Shown here piece by piece: positions 1 through 10,387 of a DNA stretch of 64,000 nt. The notes beneath the pieces are model-generated. The model saw only the letters and a list, made by a program, of their open reading frames with translations, searched no databases and was not told where the DNA came from. The stretch's first letter is position 1, and each line of letters starts with the position of its first letter. Source of the DNA: an uncultured delta proteobacterium (GTDB taxonomy: Bacteria > Desulfobacterota > Desulfomonilia > UBA1062). Location: assembly GCA_963798485.1 (NCBI GenBank), contig CAWCTR010000001.1:1-64000 (forward strand), written 5' to 3'. The position numbers and the translations under genes were made by a program.

Positions 1-3
1 AAG

Positions 4-68
4 AAAGGGGACGTTTCTATTTTCCTCCCTACTTTAAAAAAGAGTATAAAACTGAAGCGTCCCCTTTT
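4..68. repeat. GGGGAC...GTCCCC inverted-repeat element (repeat family 3), copy 1
   Basis: AAAGGGGACGTTTCTATTTT (4-23) pairs imperfectly with AAAACTGAAGCGTCCCCTTTT (48-68); bases 4-25 are identical to 53121-53142. Confidence 0.75.
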
Positions 69-148
69 CTTTGTGACCTACAAGTTTTGCCCACGGCACA
101 TAATAAAAATTCAGGAAAGGTGCCCTGGCTGAAGCCCCCTCGAAATCC

Positions 149-742
149 TTACCTACCGAAGCAGGCGTTCACAAAATCCCAGTTGATGAGCTTTTCCATA
201 ACCGCGGAAAGATAGTCCGGCCTGCGGTTCTGGTAGTCGAGGTAATAGGCGTGCTCCCAGACATCGATGGTCAGCAAGGGTTTCTGCCCATGCACGAGCG
301 GGGTGTCTGCATTGGCGGTCTTTGTTATCTTGAGCTCGTCCTTTTCAAGCACAAGCCATGCCCATCCGCTGCCGAACTGGGTGACACCTGCGTTCTTCAG
401 CTCTTCAAAGAACTTGTCCGCACTTCCCCAGGTGGAGGTTATCTTCGATGCAACGGCCCCTTTGGGTGCCCCGCCGCCACCCGGCTTCAGGCACTGCCAG
501 TAAAAGGAATGATTCCAGATCTGGGCTGCATTGTTGAAGAGACCTGCCTTCGCGGGGTCGCCTGAGGCCTTTTTGATTATGTTCTCCAGGGTTTCGTTCT
601 CCAGATCGGTGCCTGCAATGAGTTTGTTCGCGTTGTCCACATAGGCCTTGTGGTGCTTGCCGTAATGGAATTCCAGGGTATTCGCGCTGATGACCGGCGC
701 CAGCGCATCCTTGGCGTAGGGAAGATTAGGAAGTACTATCAT
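149..742 (-). CDS. sodB: Fe/Mn superoxide dismutase (Fe-type)
   Basis: LPYAKDALAP, HYGKHH, FNNAAQIWNHSFYW, FGSGWAWL and DVWEHAYY motifs. Confidence 0.95.
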   Translation of the reverse strand: MIVLPNLPYAKDALAPVISANTLEFHYGKHHKAYVDNANKLIAGTDLENETLENIIKKASGDPAKAGLFNNAAQIWNHSFYWQCLKPGGGGAPKGAVASKITSTWGSADKFFEELKNAGVTQFGSGWAWLVLEKDELKITKTANADTPLVHGQKPLLTIDVWEHAYYLDYQNRRPDYLSAVMEKLINWDFVNACFGR

Positions 743-908
743 TTTTTCATCTCCTTTCTTAATCTCATCGAATTTTTTAAGGACAGTATATGCCCCAAGA
801 ATAAATAATAGAGTTTCATTGGTTAAAGGGAAGGCCTGATGAGAAAACTATTTGGTAAAGAGGGCTTATATAAACCCCGCCCTGCTATAAGCTTTAAAAG
901 GATACGTC

Positions 909-1976
909 TCACGTTACAGCGTATCCTGCAACCTTATCCCCGACCTGTGTCGTTGAAAGGCCCATCTTGCCTGCCGCCTGAGACTTGATGTCTTTCTTGA
1001 GGGCCTGGATGATGCCGCGCTCAATACGGGCCGCTGCAGCCTCCTCACCCAGGGTCTCCAGCATCATCTGGGCCGATGCAATGGCAGCCAGCGGGTTGAT
1101 GATGTTCATGCCGGTATATTTCGGGGCAGACCCTCCTATGGGCTCGAACATGGATACACCGCCCGGGTTGATATTGCCGCCGGCGGCGATGCCCATACCG
1201 CCCTGCGTTATTGCCCCCAGGTCGGTGATGATATCGCCGAACATGTTCTCGGTGACCAGCACGTCGAACCACTCCGGGTTCTTGACCATCCACATGCAGG
1301 TGGCATCCACATGATAGTACTCACGCTTGATGTCGGGGTAGTCCTTGTCCCCGATCTCATGGAAGGCACGCTCCCACAGGTCGAACACATAGGTGAGCAC
1401 GTTTGTCTTGCCGACCAGGGCCAAAGTCTTCCTCTTGTTCCTCTTCCTCGTGTACTCAAAGGCATAGCGCAGACAACGCTCGACCTGGAAGCGGGTATAT
1501 ATCATCTCCTGGACAGCCACCTCATGAGGCGTACCCTTCATGGTGATGCCGCCTGCACCCGTATAGACACCACCCGAGTTCTCCCTGATCACTACATAGT
1601 CGATATGCTCCGGGCCCTTGTCTTTGAGCGGGGTCTCCACATTGGGGTAGAGCTTTACCGGCCTGAGGTTGATATACTGATCCAGTTCGAACCTGAGCCG
1701 CAGCAGGATGCCCTTTTCCAGGATTCCGGGCTTCACATCCGGGTGGCCGATGGCGCCCAGGTAGATGGCATGGTGCCTTTTCATTTCTTCTACTGCTGTT
1801 TCTGGAAGGATCTCTCCGGTGCGCAGGTACCTGTCCCCACCGTAGTCGTATGGTGTAAAATCGAGTTTTATACCCTCAAGGGCTGCAACCGACTTAAGGA
1901 CCTTGATGCCCTCTGCAACGACCTCGGGACCTGTCCCGTCTCCGGGAATCACCGCGATGCTGTATGAACGTGCCAT
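909..1976 (-). CDS. leuB: 3-isopropylmalate dehydrogenase
   Basis: IAVIPGDGTGPEV, LRLRFELDQYINLRP, NMFGDIITDL, FEPIGGSAP. Confidence 0.85.
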   Translation of the reverse strand: MARSYSIAVIPGDGTGPEVVAEGIKVLKSVAALEGIKLDFTPYDYGGDRYLRTGEILPETAVEEMKRHHAIYLGAIGHPDVKPGILEKGILLRLRFELDQYINLRPVKLYPNVETPLKDKGPEHIDYVVIRENSGGVYTGAGGITMKGTPHEVAVQEMIYTRFQVERCLRYAFEYTRKRNKRKTLALVGKTNVLTYVFDLWERAFHEIGDKDYPDIKREYYHVDATCMWMVKNPEWFDVLVTENMFGDIITDLGAITQGGMGIAAGGNINPGGVSMFEPIGGSAPKYTGMNIINPLAAIASAQMMLETLGEEAAAARIERGIIQALKKDIKSQAAGKMGLSTTQVGDKVAGYAVT

Positions 1977-2086
1977 TCTTCTACCCCTTCACTTGTATAT
2001 GGTGAATACAGCGCTTGGAAACAAGCACAATTCCTGGCTCGATATAATAAATCGGCCGATGAAGTCAAGGACATTGGGGGTTTCAC

Positions 2087-2782
2087 TTAGAGGTGATCAG
2101 TCATGTACTGGCCGAGATAGCCCTTGATATAGCGATCCACCCGCTCTTTTGGTTTGTAGATGCCGAAATGGCCCTCACAGAGTATGTCGGCCTTGAGCTC
2201 AAGGAGTTTGTTCATAGATTCCCTCCATTGGCTGATATCAGACTTGAATTCCCGTGTGAAGGGACCGTGGATATCCTGTCCGAAGAGTATTCTGCTTCCT
2301 TGTCTATCGATGTAAACCGCAATGGAGCCCGGCGTATGGCCGGGGATGTGAATGCAGTGGAGAACATCAGTTTCGCAGGCAATGATCTCTTGATCCCCTT
2401 TTAATCGCCTGTCCACTTTTGTGCTTGGCAGCTTTGTGTTGTACCAGTGTGCAGCCGTGAGCATGGGGTCCCCCGATTCAATGGCGTCAGCGTCCAGATC
2501 GTGGGCAACAACAGTACAGTGGTATTTCTCCTTGAAATATGATACGGAACCGATATGGTCCACATGGCAGTGGGTCAGCACCAGCGTGGTAATCCTTTGG
2601 GGATCGAGGCCCGCCTCTTCGATATTCTCGACTATAGCATCGGGGGCCTTGCCTGCACCACAGTCTATCATCACCAGATCTTTCCCGCAGGTAATGACAA
2701 ACACGGAAGCATCATAAGGATCGGAGAGGTCCGAACCTCCTACCTGATAGATCCCCTCTGCAACGGCCTCATGTTCACCCAT
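2087..2782 (-). CDS. MBL-fold metallo-hydrolase
   Basis: THCHVDHIG (HxHxDH), PGHTPGS, GHFG. Confidence 0.9.
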   Translation of the reverse strand: MGEHEAVAEGIYQVGGSDLSDPYDASVFVITCGKDLVMIDCGAGKAPDAIVENIEEAGLDPQRITTLVLTHCHVDHIGSVSYFKEKYHCTVVAHDLDADAIESGDPMLTAAHWYNTKLPSTKVDRRLKGDQEIIACETDVLHCIHIPGHTPGSIAVYIDRQGSRILFGQDIHGPFTREFKSDISQWRESMNKLLELKADILCEGHFGIYKPKERVDRYIKGYLGQYMTDHL

Positions 2783-2819
2783 ATCTTACCTCCCTAATAA
2801 GGGGTAACAGAGAAGTGTA

Positions 2820-4205
2820 TTACCTTGATTTGAACCTGCGGTCGAGAAGGACTTTGAGGGTGAAGATGGCGCCCGGATCGGCCTGGCGCACCACATCGAT
2901 CTCGCCATGGATCTTCACCATGGCTATACGGGCCTCGGTCAGGCCAAGTCCCGTCTTCATGGGGTCTGTCGAATAGAAGGGGGCATAGATGGTCTGAACC
3001 TTGTCTTTGATACCAGGTCCGAAATCGCGTACTGAGATCATCGCATAATTTATATCACGTGATATATCGATTATTACCTCGGGGGTGCCGGTCTCTATTG
3101 CGTTCTCCAGTATCCTGTTGAAGGCCGCACGCACATGTTCGGGGTCACAGAAGGCATTGATGTTCTTTGGGGCATTCACCCGTACAGGGATAGGCGGCTC
3201 AAACATGGTTATGGATTGGCGAATGAGCCCGCATACCTCTACCTGGCCGCATGAAGGCTCCATTTTCATCAGCATCTCATAGCGCTCAATGCGGGTAATC
3301 ATGTCTTCTATGCGCTTGATGGAGGAATAGATGCCGGATAGCGCCTGTTCCCACTTTCTTGTCTTTTCACCCTTTTCGCGCTCCAACCTCCTGATGTAGG
3401 CCCCGATGATGGTAAGGGGATTCCGCAGTTCATGTGACAGCCCGTTGATCATCTGGCTCAGGTCATTGGCCTGGATAGTAAGCCTGTGCTGCATGGCCCT
3501 GATATCGGTAATATCCCTGCCGATGACGGAGAGCGAATAGATGCGGCCTTCTTCTTCCAGGGGTGTGCTCAAGAGTGAAAAGATGCCTATCCTTCCGCCC
3601 AGCAGCGACATCCTCACCTCTGCACGAACAGGGACCCCCTTGTTAAAACCCTTGTCAAGCATGGCATCAAGGTTTGAGCGATCCTCCTCAACAACGAATT
3701 CAACAAATGATCTGCCAAGGAGAGATGTTTCCTTTTCTTCAAGGTAATCCTTAAACGTATCATTGCAGAACATGATCTTGCCGGAAGGACCAAGGATAAA
3801 GATGAGATCATTGGCGTTCTTGATGATGGCTTTGTGCCGCCTGCTGTCACGCAGGATCACCCTCCGCTTTTCCTTGATGGTAAGATCCTTTTCGCCCAAT
3901 GACCTGATGAGCATATCCCCTACTTCGAAAGATTCCCTCATCTCATTGTAAAGCATGGCCATGGCATTAATAACCGCCCCATCATTCGGGATCATTCCCA
4001 TTACTGAAGAAGGCATCCTCTTCGGTGTCATGCCTTCATGCACAAGATAGATGCGGCGGGAACCGGTGTCTTTCCCCTTCAATGACTTCGGGTTATCGAT
4101 GAAGAGGAGACAACTGTCCTCGGTATCTTCGAGGGAATGGACATGCTTGAGAACAACCCCCTTTGGTGGAATAATTGCACCTATCCAGTATACATCCATA
4201 GGCAC
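2820..4205 (-). CDS. PAS-domain sensor histidine kinase
   Basis: PAS domain, H-box LSHELRNPL, N-box ILENAIE, G boxes DFGPGI and KTGLGL. Confidence 0.9.
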   Translation of the reverse strand: MPMDVYWIGAIIPPKGVVLKHVHSLEDTEDSCLLFIDNPKSLKGKDTGSRRIYLVHEGMTPKRMPSSVMGMIPNDGAVINAMAMLYNEMRESFEVGDMLIRSLGEKDLTIKEKRRVILRDSRRHKAIIKNANDLIFILGPSGKIMFCNDTFKDYLEEKETSLLGRSFVEFVVEEDRSNLDAMLDKGFNKGVPVRAEVRMSLLGGRIGIFSLLSTPLEEEGRIYSLSVIGRDITDIRAMQHRLTIQANDLSQMINGLSHELRNPLTIIGAYIRRLEREKGEKTRKWEQALSGIYSSIKRIEDMITRIERYEMLMKMEPSCGQVEVCGLIRQSITMFEPPIPVRVNAPKNINAFCDPEHVRAAFNRILENAIETGTPEVIIDISRDINYAMISVRDFGPGIKDKVQTIYAPFYSTDPMKTGLGLTEARIAMVKIHGEIDVVRQADPGAIFTLKVLLDRRFKSR

Positions 4206-4285
4206 TCATTCGGGAAAATGACCTGATTTCTTTACAAATCATCAGCGAACATTGCTTATACAGATAGTTTCGGGTACAAAAAACT

Positions 4286-5386
4286 ATGGCATCAAAAAGT
4301 CCCTGTGTAGGTATTGCACTCGATAGTGGCGGGGCCATGGGCGGGGCCCATATTGGGGTGCTGGAGGTGCTTGCAGAGAACTCAATCCCGCTGGATATTA
4401 TCGTTGGTTCCAGCGCAGGGGCGGCAGTAGGTGCATTCTTCGCCGCAGGAAAGCTTCAGGACTTCAAAAAACTCATAACAGATCTTTCCTTCGTCCACTC
4501 CTTGAGCTACTATGTTGACCCGGTCTTTCCTGCATCCGGCCTGCTCGCAGGCATCCGGGCGCACAAGTTCGTCCAGTCTTTAGTGGGCGATGTGCTTATC
4601 GAGGACCTCGCAATCACCTTTATCGCAGTAGCAACGGATCTGCTTACCGGAGAGACGGTGGCCATCGATAAGGGCCCTTTGGCGGAGGCGGTAATGGCCA
4701 GCATGGCCATACCAGGGATATTCAGGCCTGTGGTCCATATGGGCCGTCTGCTCACCGATGGCGGTGTTTCGGACCCATTGCCGCTCGATATCCTTATGAC
4801 TCACTCCCCGGGTATTACGATTGCCTGCAATCTCCATCCGCGTATGCCGAGGCGGTTCTCATCGAGCAAGAGGCGGGATATCATCAAGGCTGAGCAAAAG
4901 GGCTCAGCCAAGGAAGAAGGCCTTGCATCAGGCATAATCGAACGGGTTACCGGCCTTATGAATACCAAGGCCATATATGAAAGTTTCAAACCTATGGCTG
5001 CCTCCATACTCAATAAAGTGGGTGTTTCCCGATCGAAAAAGGTCTCTGAGACGGATCTCGTCAAGACGCTGAAAGACCACCTCATTGCAAGCGAGCATAG
5101 GCTTTATGAGATTATTTCAAGGCCGTTTTCGGCTATGGGCCAAGAGCAGAGGCTTAACATCATCGAGATACTGCTGAGCGCCTCAAATATCCAGCAATAC
5201 CAGAAGAACCGGCTCATGCTCAAGTATGAACCGCCGGACATCCTTATTGAACCGGATGTAGTAGACATTGGGGCCATGGAGTTCACCAGGGGGGCATCGG
5301 CCATAGGAGAAGGGAGAATGAAGGCTGAAAATGCACTCCCTGAACTCCTCAGGATGATCGAAGATAAAAAAAGGGTAACCTCTTAG
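4286..5386 (+). CDS. patatin-like phospholipase (RssA/NTE type)
   Basis: SGGAMG oxyanion loop, GSSAG nucleophile, DGG motif. Confidence 0.9.
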   Translation: MASKSPCVGIALDSGGAMGGAHIGVLEVLAENSIPLDIIVGSSAGAAVGAFFAAGKLQDFKKLITDLSFVHSLSYYVDPVFPASGLLAGIRAHKFVQSLVGDVLIEDLAITFIAVATDLLTGETVAIDKGPLAEAVMASMAIPGIFRPVVHMGRLLTDGGVSDPLPLDILMTHSPGITIACNLHPRMPRRFSSSKRRDIIKAEQKGSAKEEGLASGIIERVTGLMNTKAIYESFKPMAASILNKVGVSRSKKVSETDLVKTLKDHLIASEHRLYEIISRPFSAMGQEQRLNIIEILLSASNIQQYQKNRLMLKYEPPDILIEPDVVDIGAMEFTRGASAIGEGRMKAENALPELLRMIEDKKRVTS

Positions 5387-5441
5387 GTAGTCAGGAGGCA
5401 GAATTCAGGAGTCTGTCTACCTGAGAAGTAACAAAGAAGGC

Positions 5442-6173
5442 CTACTTCACGATAAGCAGGTTCGCTTGTTTGAGTCTTTGGGCCAGCGAGGTTATGATTT
5501 TGTTAGCCACTTCAGGGTTCTCATTGATGATACGTTCCAGCCCGCCCTCCTGCACAGGGATGACCTCAACGATACTCTTGCCTATGGACCGGATGGTGGC
5601 ACTCCTTGGCTCATTGAGGATAAAGCTCATCTCCCCGAAATATTCACCAGGCTTGGTAATTACCCCTATACGAACATCCTTCTTGAGCACCTCGAGCCCG
5701 CCTTCAATCTGGAACAGCTTGTAGATCTCAGTGCCGTTCGTACCTTCTTCGATGATTATCTGGCCGTCATCGTATTCCTTCAGATCAAGATTTATCGTCT
5801 CACTATAAGGAATATTCGCTTCTGCAATGGAGGTGGTCTGTTCAAGCTGGAGGAAGGCCGACCGCATAACCATGGTGGCCAGCGCCGGTTTGGAGTAGGC
5901 GATCTCTTCAATAAACTCGGCTTCGTATGTGGCGATCCGGGATGTCTTGGTGGCCTTGGCGGTAGTGGTGTACGGGATACCCCTGTAATAATTTTCCAGG
6001 CCGAAGACGTCCCTGTCGGTCAAGATGCGGATAGGTTTATCGAGCTGATAGATCTGAACCTCTCCTTGCAGGATCGCATAGAAATACCGGCTCGAGTCAC
6101 CTTCGCGCACCACGTTTTCGCCCGGCCTGTATTCTCGGACCTCAACAGATTCAATGGGTCTTGAATCCAGCAT
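5442..6173 (-). CDS. tandem cyclic-nucleotide-binding domain protein
   Basis: Two cNMP domains (VVREGD..GEV..FGLE; IIEEGT..PGEYFGEMSF..PRSATI); no CRP HTH. Confidence 0.85.
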   Translation of the reverse strand: MLDSRPIESVEVREYRPGENVVREGDSSRYFYAILQGEVQIYQLDKPIRILTDRDVFGLENYYRGIPYTTTAKATKTSRIATYEAEFIEEIAYSKPALATMVMRSAFLQLEQTTSIAEANIPYSETINLDLKEYDDGQIIIEEGTNGTEIYKLFQIEGGLEVLKKDVRIGVITKPGEYFGEMSFILNEPRSATIRSIGKSIVEVIPVQEGGLERIINENPEVANKIITSLAQRLKQANLLIVK

Positions 6174-6221
6174 ATGAGCCCTTTCGGCATCAGCGAGGGC
6201 AAACTTAACACATTACATAAC

Positions 6222-7229
6222 CTACAATGACCAGAACCGTGAATGTTTCTTTATAATCTCATCGATCTCAGGGGTAAATCTCTCCTCTATCCTGGGTGCA
6301 GATCCGCCCTTCATTACATCGAGCACCGCCTTGACGGAATCGCGCAATGCGTCGAAGTTATACCCGCCCTCCAGTGAATAGACAACAGGTGCATTTATCT
6401 TAACAGCCGCATCACGGATCAAACCTGCCAGGGCACCGAACCCCGCCGAACTGATCTCCATACCGCCTATCGGGTCCATGGCATGGGCGTCAAACCCTGC
6501 GGAAACAAGGATAAGCCCCGGATTGAAAGCCTGGATCACCGGGACCATTACACCCCGGTACAGCGCCACCATCTCCGAGTCTTTGGTGCCGCCCCTTAAG
6601 GGGCAGTTTATGGTATAACCCTCTGCACCTTTGGCCCCTGTCTCATTGATTCGCCCTGTACCGGGATAGAAGGGATACTGGTGGGAGGAAAAATACAGGA
6701 CATCTTTGCTCTGATAAAAACTATCTTGTGTCCCGTTGCCGTGGTGTACGTCGAAATCAATGATCATAACCCTTTGGATCCCGAATGCCTGGATAGCCTT
6801 CCTTGCTGCAATGGCCACATTGTTGAACAGGCAGAACCCCATGGATTCATAAGGAGTTGCATGGTGCCCCGGAGGGCGGATACTTGCAAAACCGGCATCG
6901 ATCTCGCCTTTAAGTGCCAATTCAACGAGCTTTATTACTGATCCGGCAGCACATAGGGCAACCTCGTAGGAATCATCGGAGCATACCGTGTCAGGGTCAA
7001 GATCAACGTACTTATTCGCCATGCACGAGCGCTTTACCTGATCGACATGGGAGCGCTTGTGGTTGAGCATAATGTCTTCAACCTTAGCCGGGACGGGATC
7101 GATAATAGCAAGATCCGGGTCTTTGCCGGAAAAAAGGGTATGGATATAATGTACCCTCATAGGGGCCTCAGGGTGATAGCCCCCTGTGTCATGGTTCATG
7201 AAAAGCGGGTCGGATACAACTCCTATCAT
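6222..7229 (-). CDS. histone deacetylase family amidohydrolase (AcuC/AphA-like)
   Basis: HPE, RPPGHHA, GFCLFNN, DFDVHHGNGTQ, SAGFD, LEGGY; start placed at MIGVVSD. Confidence 0.9.
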   Translation of the reverse strand: MIGVVSDPLFMNHDTGGYHPEAPMRVHYIHTLFSGKDPDLAIIDPVPAKVEDIMLNHKRSHVDQVKRSCMANKYVDLDPDTVCSDDSYEVALCAAGSVIKLVELALKGEIDAGFASIRPPGHHATPYESMGFCLFNNVAIAARKAIQAFGIQRVMIIDFDVHHGNGTQDSFYQSKDVLYFSSHQYPFYPGTGRINETGAKGAEGYTINCPLRGGTKDSEMVALYRGVMVPVIQAFNPGLILVSAGFDAHAMDPIGGMEISSAGFGALAGLIRDAAVKINAPVVYSLEGGYNFDALRDSVKAVLDVMKGGSAPRIEERFTPEIDEIIKKHSRFWSL

Positions 7230-7236
7230 AGAGTTC

Positions 7237-7635
7237 TTAGATGAAAATATCGAGTGAATGAGATGATGATTCAAAAACGGTAGGATATGACGATGTCTGC
7301 TGCGTGTAACCCTGTTGATCTTCAATACGACCGTAGGTCAACTCGTGAATAACCGATGCATTGGAAATCATGGGGTCTATACCTAATGTGGTGACCTCGG
7401 CTTGTCTTGTCACGATCACCCGGGAAGCAGTTATGGGAGTTCTCTCTTCGCTCGGGACAGTCAGATCATTTGTCCTGGCGGATTTGGGCTTTACCGTATC
7501 TCCCCCGTCTACCTTGACATACTTGAACTTAACGAAGGGGAGCTCAACCGCAATCCCTTTCATGGTGGGATATCGCGAGAATTGATCCTCGTACGGCATC
7601 TGCATATATATAAGCGTTACCTGATGGTAATGCAA
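7237..7635 (-). CDS. hypothetical protein
   Basis: 132-aa ORF fills the gap directly upstream of the deacetylase on the same strand; start uncertain. Confidence 0.5.
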   Translation of the reverse strand: MHYHQVTLIYMQMPYEDQFSRYPTMKGIAVELPFVKFKYVKVDGGDTVKPKSARTNDLTVPSEERTPITASRVIVTRQAEVTTLGIDPMISNASVIHELTYGRIEDQQGYTQQTSSYPTVFESSSHSLDIFI

Positions 7636-7742
7636 GTCTAAACTTCATAAAGTAGTGTCCGACCCATAAATAATTCCTATTGGACAGAGAAGCCTTGAAG
7701 GTGTTACGATCATGTATAACCCATCTCGAAGGAGGAATTGAT

Positions 7743-8480
7743 ATGAGGAGATTTCTTAAGCAGGCTTTATGCCTTTGTGTGTTTTTCGTATTACCCCTGG
7801 CCCTACTGGCTGATGATTTCATGGTCCAGGGAAATGCACTCTACGACAAGGGAAAGGCGACCAGTTATGAAAACTTCAAGGCCTCAGGAGATATGTTCGT
7901 AAAGGCACTCGAGGCAACGCCCGGCAGTTATGAAGCAGCCTGGAAGGCAGCACGCTCATACAGGGAATTTGCCGACAAATCAAAAAAGAATAATGCCCCA
8001 AATTGGAAGACCACCTGCAAGGAATATGGAAAACTCGGCATGAAATATGGGGAAAAGGCCATTGCCCTGAATCCGAATGGCGTAGAAGGTAATCACTGGT
8101 ATGGATGTTCGGTAGGCAATTACTCGGACGGCGTCAGCATCCTTACCGCCCTGAAGGAAGGGCTCAAGGGCAAGACCCAGACCAGCTTTGAAGCGGCATA
8201 CAAGATCAACAAGATGTATGAGGATGGCGGTCCCATCAAGGCCTTGGGCCGCTTCTGGTTCGTGCTGCCCTGGCCTATGCAGGATAAGAAATTGTCTTTG
8301 AATTATCTCAGGGAATACCAGAAGTTATTCCCTAATAACGCCGAGGGTCAGGTATTCCTGGCCGAGACCCTCATAAAGACGGGCGGCAAGGATGAGGCAA
8401 AGGTCCTCCTCCAGAAGGCGGAAACTTCCAGCGACAAGTACTGGTCGGACTGGGCAAAGCGGCTCCTTGCTGAAATGTAA
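7743..8480 (+). CDS. secreted TPR-like helical-repeat protein
   Basis: AGGAGG RBS, signal peptide MRRFLKQALCLCVFFVLPLALLA, TPR-like repeats (EKAIALNPNGVEGNHWYG). Confidence 0.75.
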   Translation: MRRFLKQALCLCVFFVLPLALLADDFMVQGNALYDKGKATSYENFKASGDMFVKALEATPGSYEAAWKAARSYREFADKSKKNNAPNWKTTCKEYGKLGMKYGEKAIALNPNGVEGNHWYGCSVGNYSDGVSILTALKEGLKGKTQTSFEAAYKINKMYEDGGPIKALGRFWFVLPWPMQDKKLSLNYLREYQKLFPNNAEGQVFLAETLIKTGGKDEAKVLLQKAETSSDKYWSDWAKRLLAEM

Positions 8481-8495
8481 CCTTTTCTAAGATAC

Positions 8496-8534
8496 AAAAA
8501 ATGGCGCTCCCTCTTTTCGACGGAGCGCCATTTT
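8496..8534. terminator. bidirectional rho-independent terminator
   Basis: AAAAAATGGCGCTCC-loop-GGAGCGCCATTTT between convergent genes. Confidence 0.8.
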
Positions 8535-8569
8535 CTTATCTATACTTATCTATCCGGCTGGTTGATTGA

Positions 8570-8938
8570 TCAATAATAATCAATATCAAAGGCCGACCTG
8601 CTCAGGGCAAGCATGCATGCCTGATCGAGTCTCCTCATCGTGCTGATGAGCTTCTTTACCTCACGGTTGTCCTGATCTATAAACTCGACGCCCATACCTT
8701 TTTCAGGCTCACAACGGACAACCTTGCCTTCAACATCAATAACCCTGCCCACATCAACGGCATCCAGGGTCATACGGATGGATTCGCCGCGATCCAGGGG
8801 ATTAGGGGTTTCGATAAAGACCCCGCCGATGCTTATATTCCTTACTGTGCCCTTCAGGACCTTCCTATTATTGTCCTGATATCTGGCCTCGATCTTCAAT
8901 GGCTTTCTGGTATAACGCCTTTTATCTTTCAGTTTCAT
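8570..8938 (-). CDS. PilZ domain protein
   Basis: KRRYTR (RxxxR) and NISIGG (D/NxSxxG) c-di-GMP motifs. Confidence 0.85.
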   Translation of the reverse strand: MKLKDKRRYTRKPLKIEARYQDNNRKVLKGTVRNISIGGVFIETPNPLDRGESIRMTLDAVDVGRVIDVEGKVVRCEPEKGMGVEFIDQDNREVKKLISTMRRLDQACMLALSRSAFDIDYY

Positions 8939-9174
8939 GCATTCACCTTTACATGAAATAAATTCATTACTAGTGCTTTTCGTCATAACCATTCCGATTC
9001 TTTAGAGGCATTTTTTAGTAAAAATAATACAGCCTTCCCTATCCGGTATCCAGAATGAAAATATAACCCCCTCATTCATTTTGAATTCTCAATCTCTTTC
9101 TAAACCCTTGACTCTGCTTTAATCAGACATACCATGTTATTAAGTACGGATTCTTACCTGGGGGTGGCAATGCC

Positions 9175-9624
9175 ATGAAAGTGAAAGACATCATGACGAT
9201 GAAAGTAATCGTATTAACTCCGGATATGGGAATTGTAGAAGCCGCAAAAATCCTCATGGAAAGCCACATCAACGGTGCCCCCGTCCTTACCAAAGAGGGT
9301 AAGCTTGTCGGTATCCTGTGTCGCGATGACCTCATATCTCAGCAGAAAAAACTGCCCCTACCCTCTTATTTCGTTGTACTCGACGGTATTATCCCGATGA
9401 TCTCTTCAAAGCATATTGAAAAAGAGATGGACAAGATCGCAGCCACAAATGTGGAACATGCCATGACGACCAAGCCCATCACCGTTACACCCGAAACCGA
9501 TATCGAGCTCGTGGCAAGTCTTATGGTCGACAAGAAGATACACACGCTGCCGGTCATAGACTCAAAAGGCTCCCTGGTGGGTATTGTGGGGAAAGAGGAC
9601 GTCCTGAGAATACTGATTCCTTAA
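9175..9624 (+). CDS. CBS-pair domain protein
   Basis: VKDIMT..INGAPV..GKLVGI; AMT..IHTLPVID..LVGIV. Confidence 0.9.
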   Translation: MKVKDIMTMKVIVLTPDMGIVEAAKILMESHINGAPVLTKEGKLVGILCRDDLISQQKKLPLPSYFVVLDGIIPMISSKHIEKEMDKIAATNVEHAMTTKPITVTPETDIELVASLMVDKKIHTLPVIDSKGSLVGIVGKEDVLRILIP

Positions 9625-9695
9625 AATTTTCCGAGTCACTGTTCACGCGTCACTATCCATTGCCTTTCCCTTATGATCCCGGTACAATAGCGCTC

Positions 9696-10280
9696 ATGCC
9701 TGCCATATTCATTGGTGACAATCCCCGTCTTGAAGCGGTCTTTGAAGACAAGGGGTCTGACATGTGCGTTGTTATCACCCACCCGCACTCACAGATGGGT
9801 GGAAACATGCACAACAACGTCGTCATGGCCGCATGGAGGGCATCGCTTGAGAATGGCCTGTCCACCGTGCGTTTCAACTTCCGGGGGGTGGGCAAAAGCA
9901 GCGGTTCTTTCGACAATGGCAAGGGAGAGATGAACGACCTGGCCTCGGTCATCGGCTATGTACAGAAGCCCGTTATCATAATCGGGTATTCCTTCGGCGC
10001 ATGGGTAGCCGCCAACTATATGAAACGCCTCGATACCCCTCTTCCCTGCATCTTTATCTCACCGCCCACCGGCATGTTCACCTTCCCTGACATGAAACAA
10101 GACAAGGTCTGGGCCATCACCGGTCAGGCAGACCAGTTCTGCAGCATACCTGTACTTCAAGGCCTCCTGGAAAAGGACCGCATTGAGATAGTGCGTTACG
10201 TTGACCACTTCTGGTTCGGAGAAGAAGGACAGCTTGCACCTTATCTCAATGAGAAGCTGAATCTCATCATCCAAGAATGA
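9696..10280 (+). CDS. alpha/beta hydrolase
   Basis: HPHSQMGGNMHNNVV, RFNFRGVGKSSG, GYSFG nucleophile, DHFW. Confidence 0.85.
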   Translation: MPAIFIGDNPRLEAVFEDKGSDMCVVITHPHSQMGGNMHNNVVMAAWRASLENGLSTVRFNFRGVGKSSGSFDNGKGEMNDLASVIGYVQKPVIIIGYSFGAWVAANYMKRLDTPLPCIFISPPTGMFTFPDMKQDKVWAITGQADQFCSIPVLQGLLEKDRIEIVRYVDHFWFGEEGQLAPYLNEKLNLIIQE

Positions 10281-10387
10281 TATTACATTTCCTTCTTCTG
10301 AAAATTGCTTCAAACCTTCCCCCTGTACATGGTATTGAATGAATCTTGAGTATGTAGATCACGGTATTCAATTGCGGAGGCCAAGGG

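Noticed and set aside
5388-5424. GTCAGGAG/CAGAATTCAGGAG heptamer-like repeat
   Set aside because: Only two or three degenerate units; too short to call
4286-6173. CBASS/Pycsar-type patatin plus cNMP-binding system
   Set aside because: Genes are convergent, have host-like GC, and no cyclase is adjacent; the patatin is housekeeping RssA-like
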